From the NCBI GenBank assembly GCA_036273915.1, contig DASUGR010000223.1:1-61879 (forward strand): DNA of 61,879 bases, given 5' to 3'. Below the pieces are notes generated by a model that was not told the origin of the DNA, did no database searches, and saw nothing but the letters and a program-made list of their open reading frames with translations. The translations under genes were made by a program, and so were the position numbers. Positions within the stretch are counted from its first letter, which is position 1. Every line of letters starts with the position of its first letter. The stretch comes from Planctomycetota bacterium (GTDB taxonomy: Bacteria > Planctomycetota > PLA2). This document shows, piece by piece, positions 34,893 through 43,264 of the stretch.

Positions 34893-36413
34893 CTACGGAC
34901 GGGGCCCGAACCCCCAGTCCGGGCGTTCATTCGACCCCGCGGGCTGGTTCGGGATCTCCGCGGCATCGTGCGGGCTGGTCCCATCGACCGGCACGGTGTA
35001 CAGACGCCTGCCGGCCTCCCCGTCCTGGCGCGCGAAGACGACCCGATCGGACGCCGGGGACCACGACGGCCACTCGTCCGCGAGGTGCGTGCCGCCGGCG
35101 GTGACCTGGGCGATTCCCAGGCCTCCGCCCCACCACGCGAGGCGGATGTGGGTCTCTGCAAAGAAGTAGTTGGCGAGGACCACGCCAGCCGGGCCCGAGT
35201 CGATGGCCGAGATGGAATCGTCGGGATCCGCCGGGGACAGGGAGAGGGACGGGGCGCCTCCGGCCGCCGGCACGCTGTAGATCCACCCGTTGCGGACGAA
35301 GAGGACCTCCGTTCCGCTCTCGGACCATGTGGGGCTCGAGTCGTAGTTGTGCTGGAGCGGGTCCGCCGGCTGGGACGTGAGCTGGTGGAGGGTCGCAGGG
35401 TCGGTCGTCAGGTCCACGATCCAGATGTCGGACACGAAGCCGTTGTCGGCGGCCACCGCGATCCGGTCGCCGCCCGGCGACCAGGCCGGCTCGCGGGCGG
35501 ACGTGGCCAGCGCCGCGAAGTCGGCCTTCTTCTCCTGCTGGGTCCCGTCGGGGCTCATCAGGAAGAGGTCGGAGCGGGTCCCGCTGTCGCGGAAGCTGAT
35601 GAACGCGATCTTCGAGCGGTCCGGCGACCAGGCGGGGTCGTCGTCCTCGAACGTGTTGTCGGTGAGCTGCCCGAGGTTCCCGCCGTCCGCGTCGATGACC
35701 CACACCTCCCGGTCCCCGCCCCCGTCCGGCCTGTTGGAGAAGACGATCGGGGCGCCGGGCGGAGGCGGAAGCGGGGTGTAGCAGGTGTTCGTGATCTCAA
35801 GAACCTGCTCTTGCGTGCGGTAGACGAGGATGCCCGCGCCCTGGGTCGGGTTGCCGAGATAGGAGAACTCGAACACGACCATCGTGAAGGTCGCGTGCTC
35901 GAAGTCGCACCGCGCAGCGGACACCTCCAGGACGTTGTGGACGCCGTCCCCGAGGTAGCCGAAGGGCTCCCCGACGTCGACGTCGGGGTCGAACGGCAAG
36001 AGGCTCCCCGACTCGTTCGCGTCCCTGTGAAGATCCGCGACGAAAGGGCCGTCCCAGCGGAAGGAGAGCGCGCCCGGAGGATCGACGTCCTTGAGGCTGA
36101 AGCCGAGGAAGCGGGCGCCCGGCCCCGGAGGGGGGATCTCGAACTGCGACGGGAACGTGATGTCGGGGATCACATCACCGTCCCTGTCCAGCACCGCAAC
36201 CTCCCCCACGAGAAGCCTCGCGACCACCGGGCCTTCCGCGTCGCAACAGACGCTTAGCAGGTGGTCCTGTGCAAGGGGCACCGACCCCCCTTCAGTTTCC
36301 CTGCTGAAGGACGCATCGAGCGCCCCTTCCCCGCCCTCGTTGTTGTTGCATGCCGAGAGAAGCCCCGTCGCGAGCAGGGCGATCGTGAACAGCGGACTTC
36401 TGTGTCTGCGCAT
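34893..36413 (-). CDS. lipoprotein with TolB-like PD40 beta-propeller repeats
   Basis: ATG 36413 after ggagga. Lipobox LLATGLLSAC. Repeated D..PAWSPDGS.IAF-type PD40 motifs (PAWSPDRSKIAF, PAWSPGGDRIAV, PSWSPASDRVVF). Confidence 0.75.
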   Translation of the reverse strand: MRRHRSPLFTIALLATGLLSACNNNEGGEGALDASFSRETEGGSVPLAQDHLLSVCCDAEGPVVARLLVGEVAVLDRDGDVIPDITFPSQFEIPPPGPGARFLGFSLKDVDPPGALSFRWDGPFVADLHRDANESGSLLPFDPDVDVGEPFGYLGDGVHNVLEVSAARCDFEHATFTMVVFEFSYLGNPTQGAGILVYRTQEQVLEITNTCYTPLPPPPGAPIVFSNRPDGGGDREVWVIDADGGNLGQLTDNTFEDDDPAWSPDRSKIAFISFRDSGTRSDLFLMSPDGTQQEKKADFAALATSAREPAWSPGGDRIAVAADNGFVSDIWIVDLTTDPATLHQLTSQPADPLQHNYDSSPTWSESGTEVLFVRNGWIYSVPAAGGAPSLSLSPADPDDSISAIDSGPAGVVLANYFFAETHIRLAWWGGGLGIAQVTAGGTHLADEWPSWSPASDRVVFARQDGEAGRRLYTVPVDGTSPHDAAEIPNQPAGSNERPDWGFGPRP

Positions 36414-36631
36414 CGCAGGTTCCTCCGCCGGTGCGTTGCGGACAACCGCCCCGAAAGCGTCCCGGCGCCCCCCCAGACGCAATCGGGCAGCGGAGCCTGA
36501 AGCGGAATTTCGCGGGCGGAGGAAACGGGTCGCCGCGGTGCGCGTCTGCGGCGGTGGCGAGGCGCGGCTGCGGGCGGAGTTCGAGCAGCCGGCGGGTGGC
36601 CCCGGCATGCGGGTTCCCGGGCCGAGGGCCG

Positions 36632-36662
36632 CCGCGGGGGCAGGCGTCGCCCGCCCCCGCGG
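36632..36662 (-). terminator. hairpin downstream of glnA
   Basis: ccgcggggg (36632-36640) and cccccgcgg (36654-36662) form 9-bp perfect arms with a 13-nt loop. It lies 17 nt beyond the glnA stop. Confidence 0.5.
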
Positions 36663-36678
36663 TCTCCCCGAAGCGTCC

Positions 36679-38094
36679 CTACGCGTCGTAGTACATCGCG
36701 AACTCGTGCGGGTGGGGCCGCAGCGCGATCGCGTCGACCTCGTTCTCCCGCTTGTAGGCGATCCAGGCCTCGATGACGTCCGTGGTGAACACGTCCCCGC
36801 GTAGGAGGAAGTCGTGGTCCCGCTCCAGCGCGTCGAGCGCGGCGCCGAGGCTGCCCGGCGTCGAGGGGATCTCCTTCAGGATCTCCGGCGGCAGGTCGTA
36901 GATGTTCTTGTCCATCGGGCTGCCGGGGTTGATCTTGTTCTGGATGCCGTCGAGCCCGGCCATCATGATCGCGGCGAACGCGAGGTAGGGGTTGCAGGAC
37001 GGATCCGGGCAGCGGAACTCGAACCGCTTCGCCTTCGGCGAGGGGCTGTAGGTCGGGATGCGGATCGCGGCCGACCGGTTGCGCGAGCTGTAGGCGAGGT
37101 TGACCGGCGCCTCGTAGCCCGGCACCAGCCGGCGGTACGAGTTCGTCGTCGGATTCGTGATCGCGAGGATCGACGGGGCGTGGCGCAGCACGCCGCCGAT
37201 CGCCCACAGCGCCTCCTGCGAGAGGTTCGCGTAGCCGTCGCCGAAGAAGAGGTTCTTCTCCCCCTTCCACAGGCTGAAGTGGCAGTGCATGCCCGAACCG
37301 TTGTCGCCGTAGAGCGGCTTCGGCATGAACGTCGCCGTCATCCCGCGCTGGCGCGCGACGTTCTTCACGATGTACTTGTACTTCATCATCTTGTCCGCCA
37401 TCTGGACGAGCGGACTGAAGCGCATGTCGATCTCGCACTGCCCGGCGGTCGCCACCTCGTGGTGCTGCGCCTCGATGTCGATCCCCGCCTCCATCATCGC
37501 GAGCATCATGGCGGCGCGGACGTCCTGGAGCTGGTCGCTCGGCGGGACCGGGAAGTAGCCGGCCTTCGGGCCGATCTTGTAGCCGAGGTTCCGGCCATCC
37601 TCGGAGCGGCCGGTGTTCCAGTGGCCTTCGCGGCTGTCGATGCGGTAGGAGGCGTGGTTGAGGCCGCCCTCGTAGCTGATGTGGTCGAAGAGGAAGAACT
37701 CCGCCTCGGGGCCGAAGAAGGCGGTGTCGGCGATCCCGGTCGACTTCAGGTAGGCCTCCGCGTTCCGCGCGATGTTGCGCGGTGCGCGTTCGTAGGGCTG
37801 CCGCGTGATGCAATCCAGCACGTTGCAGCTGATCACGAGGGTCGGGTGCTCGAAGAACGGGTCGATCCAGGCCGTGGCCGGGTCGGGCACGACGAGCATG
37901 TCGCTCTGGTCGATCGTCTTCCAACCCCGGATCGACGAGCCGTCGAAGCCGAGCCCGTCCTCGAACGTGTCGATCGTGAGCGCCTCGACCGGCACGGTGA
38001 AGTGCTGCCACGTCCCGAGCAGATCGCAGAAGCGCACATCGACGGCTTCCACACTCTTTTCCCGCGCGAGCGCCAAAACATCCGACGGAGTCAT
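36679..38094 (-). CDS. glnA: glutamine synthetase type I
   Basis: 471 aa. Contains [33 protein letters not shown] and the adenylylation-loop-like [10 protein letters not shown]. Confidence 0.95.
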   Translation of the reverse strand: MTPSDVLALAREKSVEAVDVRFCDLLGTWQHFTVPVEALTIDTFEDGLGFDGSSIRGWKTIDQSDMLVVPDPATAWIDPFFEHPTLVISCNVLDCITRQPYERAPRNIARNAEAYLKSTGIADTAFFGPEAEFFLFDHISYEGGLNHASYRIDSREGHWNTGRSEDGRNLGYKIGPKAGYFPVPPSDQLQDVRAAMMLAMMEAGIDIEAQHHEVATAGQCEIDMRFSPLVQMADKMMKYKYIVKNVARQRGMTATFMPKPLYGDNGSGMHCHFSLWKGEKNLFFGDGYANLSQEALWAIGGVLRHAPSILAITNPTTNSYRRLVPGYEAPVNLAYSSRNRSAAIRIPTYSPSPKAKRFEFRCPDPSCNPYLAFAAIMMAGLDGIQNKINPGSPMDKNIYDLPPEILKEIPSTPGSLGAALDALERDHDFLLRGDVFTTDVIEAWIAYKRENEVDAIALRPHPHEFAMYYDA

Positions 38095-38106
38095 CTTGGT
38101 TTCACC

Positions 38107-38424
38107 TCAAATCGCGTCCGGCCCGCGCTCGCCCGTGCGAATGCGGACCACGTCCAGGAGTTCCGTGACAAAGATCTTTCCGAAGCCGGAGGCCTCTTCC
38201 GCCGAGAGTTGGCCTGCGCGCGTGATCGCGTCGACGGTCGGTTTCACGAAGTTCTCGTTGACCGCGATCTCGAGCCTTACCTTCTGGGCCAGCTCGGGGC
38301 CCCCGGGGCCGCGGAACACCCCGCGGCACTCGGTGACCGTCATCCGGAATACCTCGGCTTCGCCGAGCGCCGCCGCGACCGCATCGAGCCGCTCGGGTGC
38401 GAGGACCGCCGTGACGAGTTTCAC
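38107..38424 (-). CDS. P-II family nitrogen-regulatory-like protein with shortened T-loop
   Basis: 105 aa. Contains MKLVTAVLAP..LD.V..AL, MTVTEC, KVRLEIAV, GKIFV and VRIRTGE, matching the GlnB/GlnK scaffold. The gene is 12 nt upstream of glnA. Confidence 0.8.
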   Translation of the reverse strand: MKLVTAVLAPERLDAVAAALGEAEVFRMTVTECRGVFRGPGGPELAQKVRLEIAVNENFVKPTVDAITRAGQLSAEEASGFGKIFVTELLDVVRIRTGERGPDAI

Positions 38425-38623
38425 CGCGGCCTATCCTCGCCCATGGCGGGGCCGAAGCCAGCGCCGCGAGGCGCCGGTGTCCTCTTTCGATGCGGCATCT
38501 ATCTCCTTGCCGCGAAGGAGCTTACGCCTCCCCACCCCCCATCAACCGGCCCAATCGACCGATGAAAACGGCGCAAAGCGCGCTTGGCGGCGATGCCGGC
38601 GAGGATGCTACGATCCCGCCGCG

Positions 38624-39883
38624 ATGCGGCGGCGGGTGCTGGGCATGATCCTCGCGGGAGGCCGGGGGGAGCGACTCAAGCCCTTGACCCTCTACCGGTC
38701 GAAGCCCGCGGTCCCGTTCGGCGGGATCTACCGGATCATCGACTTCGTCCTCAGCAACTTCGTCAACTCGGGGATCAAGTCGATCTACGTGCTGACCCAG
38801 TTCAAGAGCCAGTCGCTCGCGGAGCACGTGGAGCGCGCGTGGGGCGGCACCAACCGGCGCGCGGACAACTTCATCATCTCCGTGCCCGCCCAGATGCAGA
38901 CGCCCGGCGAGGTCTGGTACGAGGGGACCGCGGATGCCATCTGGCAGAACATGAACCTGATCCACGACACGGTGCCCGACCTCGTCTGCATCTTCGGCGG
39001 CGACCACATCTACTTCATGGACATCTCCCAGATGATGCGGGAGCACATCGGCAGGGCCGCCGACGTGACGATCGCCGCCATCCCCGTGCCGCTCGAGGAG
39101 GCCTTCCGCTTCGGCGTGATCGAGGCGGCGCCCGACGGTCGGGTCAGGGCTTTCCACGAGAAGATCAAGGACGCGCCCACCCTCCCCTCGGACCCCACCC
39201 GTTGCTACGCCAGCATGGGGAACTACGTCTTCAGCCGGAAGATCCTCGAGGAGATGCTCGCCCGCGACGCGAAGGACCCCAACTCGAGCCACGACTTCGG
39301 CCGCGACATCCTGCCGCGGATGGTCGCGGACGGGCGCGCGGTCTTCGCGTACGACTTCGCGGCGAACCGCGTCCCCGGCCAGGAGGGCCGGCCGAACACC
39401 TACTGGCGCGACGTCGGGACGATCGAGGCCTATTTCGACTCCTGCCTCGACCTGAAGCAGGTCGTCCCGCAGCTCGACCTCTACAACCGCGACTGGCCGA
39501 TCAACACGGCCGCGTCGAGCGCCCCGCCCGCGAAGTTCGTCACCGGCTCCACGGGGTCGAGCGGCGAGGCCTACCAGAGCATCCTCGGCTCGGGCTGCAT
39601 CGTGAGCAGCGGACTGGTCAAGGACAGCGTCCTCGGAAGGAACATCCGCGTCCACAGCGGCGTCGAGGTCAGGGAGTCGATCCTCTTCGACGGCGTCATC
39701 GTCGAGCGGAACTGCAAGGTGCACCGCGCGATCATCGACAAGGACGTGCGGCTGCCGTCGGGGACCCACGTGGGCCTCGACGCCGACGCGGACCGCGCGC
39801 GCGGGTGGACCGTCACCGACACCGGCATCACCGTGCTCCCGAAGCAGCCGTCGGTCCGGCCGATCACGACGATGGACCTCTGA
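38624..39883 (+). CDS. glgC: glucose-1-phosphate adenylyltransferase
   Basis: ATG 38624 inside a longer track ORF. Contains ILAGGRGERLKPLTLYRSKPAVPFGG, WYEGTADAI and a C-terminal left-handed beta-helix region. Confidence 0.92.
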   Translation: MRRRVLGMILAGGRGERLKPLTLYRSKPAVPFGGIYRIIDFVLSNFVNSGIKSIYVLTQFKSQSLAEHVERAWGGTNRRADNFIISVPAQMQTPGEVWYEGTADAIWQNMNLIHDTVPDLVCIFGGDHIYFMDISQMMREHIGRAADVTIAAIPVPLEEAFRFGVIEAAPDGRVRAFHEKIKDAPTLPSDPTRCYASMGNYVFSRKILEEMLARDAKDPNSSHDFGRDILPRMVADGRAVFAYDFAANRVPGQEGRPNTYWRDVGTIEAYFDSCLDLKQVVPQLDLYNRDWPINTAASSAPPAKFVTGSTGSSGEAYQSILGSGCIVSSGLVKDSVLGRNIRVHSGVEVRESILFDGVIVERNCKVHRAIIDKDVRLPSGTHVGLDADADRARGWTVTDTGITVLPKQPSVRPITTMDL

Positions 39884-39942
39884 CCCCGGGAGATGCGAGG
39901 GGACCCGGGGGGCGGGAGACGCGTGCGCTACGATGCGCGCGG

Positions 39943-41259
39943 ATGGTCTCCTCGGCCGGCTGGCAATCGATCAAGTCGCGGTACCGGAATCGGTTCCGTA
40001 CGCCGGACCAGCTGGTCGCACACAACCTCGCGCGCTTCCGGCAGCGGCTCCTCTGGACGATGGAGCGGTCCCCCCACTACGCCGACGTCTGCCGCGAGCG
40101 CGGGATCGATCCCCGGGGGGCGCGGCCCGAGGACCTGCCGGTCCTGACGAAACGCGAGCTGATCGGGGACTTCGACCGGATCTGCACCCGGCCGGAGGTG
40201 CGGAAGGCCGGGGTGCATGCGTTCCTCGGCGGTTCCCGCGACCCGCAGGACCTCTTCCTCGGCCGGTACCACGTCGTCCACTCGTCGGGCACGTCGGGCG
40301 AGGTGTGCGCCGTCGTCTACAACCGGCGCGAGTGGATGCACGCGACCGCGAACTTCACGCGCGTGGCACGGCCCGGCCTCCAGCGCCGCCTCGCCTTCCT
40401 CGGCGCCGCGAACGGCCACTTCGCGGCCGTGGCGCTCGCGACCGCGCCGGTGTCGCGCGTCGCCGACCTCCTCTACCGCACGCGCGCGTTCCACGTGAAC
40501 CTCCCGACGCCGGAGATCCTCCGCGAGATCGAGGCGTTCGATCCGAAGGTGCTCGTGGGGTACGCGGGGGCGCTGCGGATCCTCGCCGAGGCGCAGCGGC
40601 ACGGGGACGTGCGGCTCCGGCCGAGTGTGGTCGTCAGCAGCGGCGAGGTGCTGCTCCCCGCGGACCGCGCGCTGCTGAAGGAGACGTTCGACGTGCCGGT
40701 CCGGAACCTCTACGCCTCGACGGAGCATCTCTACATGGCGATCGACCTCCCCGAGAGGCGGGGCGAGGGGATGTACCTGCTCGAGGACGACCTGATCTTC
40801 GAGCTCCGCGAGGACTGCACGCTGGTGACGAACCTCTTCAACCGCACGGTGCCGCTCTTCCGCTACCGGATGGACGACGTGCTGCGCCCGGCGGCGCGGC
40901 AGGGGCTCATGGGGCCCTACCGGATCGTCGAGGCGCTGGTGGGCCGGCGGGAACACGCGCCGGTCTTCGTGAACGCGAAGGGCGAGAAGGACTCGATCCA
41001 CCCGATCGTGCTCGCGGAGTTCTACGTGCGGGGGGTGAAAGCGTTCCAGTTCCGGCTGACCGGCGAGGACTCGTTCCGCTTCCTCTGGCAGGTGGAGGAG
41101 GGGGTGTCCGCGGGGGAGGTGGAGGGGGAGATCGCGGCGCGCCTGCGCGCGCTGCTCGACGAGAAGGGCATGCAGAACGTGCGCTTCACCCTCGAGCGCG
41201 TCCCGGAACTTGCACCGGATCCGGAGACCGGCAAGTTCCGCCTGATCGTGCCGGGGTAG
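39943..41259 (+). CDS. adenylate-forming enzyme, PaaK / coenzyme F390 synthetase-like
   Basis: ATG 39943. AMP-binding P-loop HSSGTSGE. The overall length (438 aa) and layout match phenylacetate-CoA ligase-like ANL enzymes. Confidence 0.75.
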   Translation: MVSSAGWQSIKSRYRNRFRTPDQLVAHNLARFRQRLLWTMERSPHYADVCRERGIDPRGARPEDLPVLTKRELIGDFDRICTRPEVRKAGVHAFLGGSRDPQDLFLGRYHVVHSSGTSGEVCAVVYNRREWMHATANFTRVARPGLQRRLAFLGAANGHFAAVALATAPVSRVADLLYRTRAFHVNLPTPEILREIEAFDPKVLVGYAGALRILAEAQRHGDVRLRPSVVVSSGEVLLPADRALLKETFDVPVRNLYASTEHLYMAIDLPERRGEGMYLLEDDLIFELREDCTLVTNLFNRTVPLFRYRMDDVLRPAARQGLMGPYRIVEALVGRREHAPVFVNAKGEKDSIHPIVLAEFYVRGVKAFQFRLTGEDSFRFLWQVEEGVSAGEVEGEIAARLRALLDEKGMQNVRFTLERVPELAPDPETGKFRLIVPG

Positions 41260-41323
41260 GTGGCGTCAATCGCCAGGGCCCGGTCTCTCCGGCAGATCCC
41301 GCCGCGCGGCGCGAGGGCGGGCC

Positions 41324-42013
41324 TCAGATCGCGTCGGCCGCCAGGCGGCGGACCGGCGGCACGGCCAGGACCGCGCGCGCGGAGACGTAGCCGAGACCCG
41401 CGCCGGCGACCACGTCCGAGAGGAAGTGCGCGCCCACGAGCACGCGCGAGGCCGCCACGCCGCACGCGAGCAGGAGGAACCACCCGCGCCCGCGCGGCAA
41501 GGCGCGGCCGAGCACCGTGAACGCCGCGAACGCGAGCGCCGCGTGGCCGGACGGGAGCGTGAGGTCCTTGTGCCTCCCCGAGAACGGCGGGCGGAAGAGC
41601 GCCGAGCCGTCGTTCCGCGGGAGGCCGTCCACGATCGTCATCGCCCCGCCGCGATCGACGAGCCGCTCCATGTCCCTTGGCGTCAGCTCCGCGGACGGGC
41701 GCAGCTTCCCGATCGCGGGCTTCAGCAGGAGCTGCCCGGCCGCGAACGCGAGAAGCACCGCGAGGCCGAGCGCGAGCGCCTGGCCGCGCCGCGCGGGCGC
41801 GAGGACGAGCATCGTGACCGCGACCACGACGACGAACCACCCCTCCCCCATCCGCTTGAGAAGCCCGAGGAGCGCCTCGACGGCCTCCGGGCGCTCGACG
41901 CCCTTCCCGACGAGGAGGTAGACGCGCCGGTCGACGAGGAACGCGAGGAGGAGCAGCGCGGCCCAGAGGGAGGCCCCGGAGCCCCACAGAATCCGGCCGC
42001 GGAGGCGGGTCAC
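41324..42013 (-). CDS. PAP2 superfamily phosphatase (membrane)
   Basis: GTG 42013 overlaps the upstream stop (GTGA). Motifs KLRPS, PSGH and SRVLVGAHFLSD are the three PAP2 signature blocks. The protein has several TM segments. Confidence 0.8.
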   Translation of the reverse strand: MTRLRGRILWGSGASLWAALLLLAFLVDRRVYLLVGKGVERPEAVEALLGLLKRMGEGWFVVVVAVTMLVLAPARRGQALALGLAVLLAFAAGQLLLKPAIGKLRPSAELTPRDMERLVDRGGAMTIVDGLPRNDGSALFRPPFSGRHKDLTLPSGHAALAFAAFTVLGRALPRGRGWFLLLACGVAASRVLVGAHFLSDVVAGAGLGYVSARAVLAVPPVRRLAADAI

Positions 42014-43215
42014 GCCGGCCAGAGGCCGACCGAGGCGCCGGTCCAGTCGAGGTCCTTGTTGAAGTTCACGCCCATCATCTTCCCGCGCGAGAGACGGAGA
42101 AGGCTCATGAGGAGCGTCATCGAGTGCTCCCCCTCGGGGCGCACGAACATCATCCGGACCTCGGCCTTCACGTCGTCGCCCTTGACGCTCCTGAACGCGG
42201 GCGCGTACTCGACCTTCTCCTGCAGGATCCACTTGTCGCGGTCGGCCGCGGGGATCGCGGCGACGTCCTCGGCCGCCGGCTCGACGTTCACGCCGGCGCC
42301 CGCGAACGAGTAGAGCGGCTTCAGCACGTACCGCGAGAGATCGTCCGGCACGCCCGAGCTCAGGAGCCGCGTCTTCGGCACCGCCCAGTGGTCGAGCGAG
42401 AGCATTGACTGCTTCGACCAGAGGTAGTACCACGCGGGGTGCGGCACCCACTCGACCTCGAGGTCCTCGTGGAAGGCGAACGTTCGCGGGAGCTTCGACT
42501 TCTCGAGCTCGTCGAAGACGACGCGCTGGAAGACGCGCTTCACGGGGATCCTCTTCCCGTCCTTCTCGCGATAGAGCTGGCGCCCCTCGCGCCGGATCGC
42601 GCTCAGGCAGACGGGATCGACCCCCCACCAGCGCTGCGTCGCGCGGAAGTCCGGGAAGGTCTTCTGCGTGTCGGGGTCGAGGTCGAGGAGGATGACCTCC
42701 TCGGGATCGTACTCCGCGAGCAGGGTCTCGCGGATGAGCGCCATCGCGCGCACGCGCTCGAAGCCGCCGAAGAACATCCGCCACTTGTCGGGCATCCCCC
42801 CGACCGCGGAAAGGTGCTCGGCCCAGACTTCCGAGAGGAGGATCTGGAAGCCGTAGAGCGACGGGAACCCCTGCAGCTCCACGAGCCGAGGCCCGAACGA
42901 CCCGTCCTCCTCGCGCACGATCGCGAAGTCGACCTGCGCCACCTGCGGCAGCGCGTCGCGGCGCGGCGCGCGGTAGGCGGGCGGGACGGCCTCCTCCTGC
43001 GCGGCGATCCAGAGCGGGTTCGAGAGCTGCGCGATGATCTCGGTCGCGGCGCGCGAGAAGCGCTCGCGGAAGTCCGCGGGGAAGAAGATCGGCGTCTCGG
43101 CGACGCGGAAGGGGACGCGGCAGGAGAGGCGGCGCTCGAGATCCTCGCGCACCCGGCGGTAGAGGTCCTCGGTCCAGGCGGCGTTGAAGCGTTCGCGCAG
43201 GACGGGGTCCATCAC
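42010..43215 (-). CDS. uncharacterised protein with ATP-grasp-like C-terminal half (GspS / circularly permuted ATP-grasp-like by eye)
   Basis: 401 aa. RLVELQGFPS, YVLKPLYSFAGAGVNV, WILQEKVEY and EVRMMFV resemble the nucleotide-binding strands of ATP-grasp amidoligases. The assignment is tentative. Confidence 0.6.
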   Translation of the reverse strand: MMDPVLRERFNAAWTEDLYRRVREDLERRLSCRVPFRVAETPIFFPADFRERFSRAATEIIAQLSNPLWIAAQEEAVPPAYRAPRRDALPQVAQVDFAIVREEDGSFGPRLVELQGFPSLYGFQILLSEVWAEHLSAVGGMPDKWRMFFGGFERVRAMALIRETLLAEYDPEEVILLDLDPDTQKTFPDFRATQRWWGVDPVCLSAIRREGRQLYREKDGKRIPVKRVFQRVVFDELEKSKLPRTFAFHEDLEVEWVPHPAWYYLWSKQSMLSLDHWAVPKTRLLSSGVPDDLSRYVLKPLYSFAGAGVNVEPAAEDVAAIPAADRDKWILQEKVEYAPAFRSVKGDDVKAEVRMMFVRPEGEHSMTLLMSLLRLSRGKMMGVNFNKDLDWTGASVGLWPA

Positions 43216-43234
43216 GCACCTCCTGCGCGGGGCG

Positions 43235-43263
43235 ATTCGGGGGGGCTCCGGGGGCCTGCCCCC
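43235..43263 (+). repeat. bipartite poly-G element copy (G-strand on +), near-identical to the copy at 51445
   Basis: attc-G7-ctcc-G5-cctg-C5, in the 49-nt gap between two minus-strand genes. Confidence 0.65.
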
Positions 43264-43264
43264 A

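Noticed and set aside
38425-38623. Divergent glnB-like / glgC intergenic region, searched for a sigma54 (TGGCAC-N5-TTGC) promoter or an NtrC/NtcA-type site
   Set aside because: No convincing match on either strand by eye. This cannot be supported without a matrix scan.
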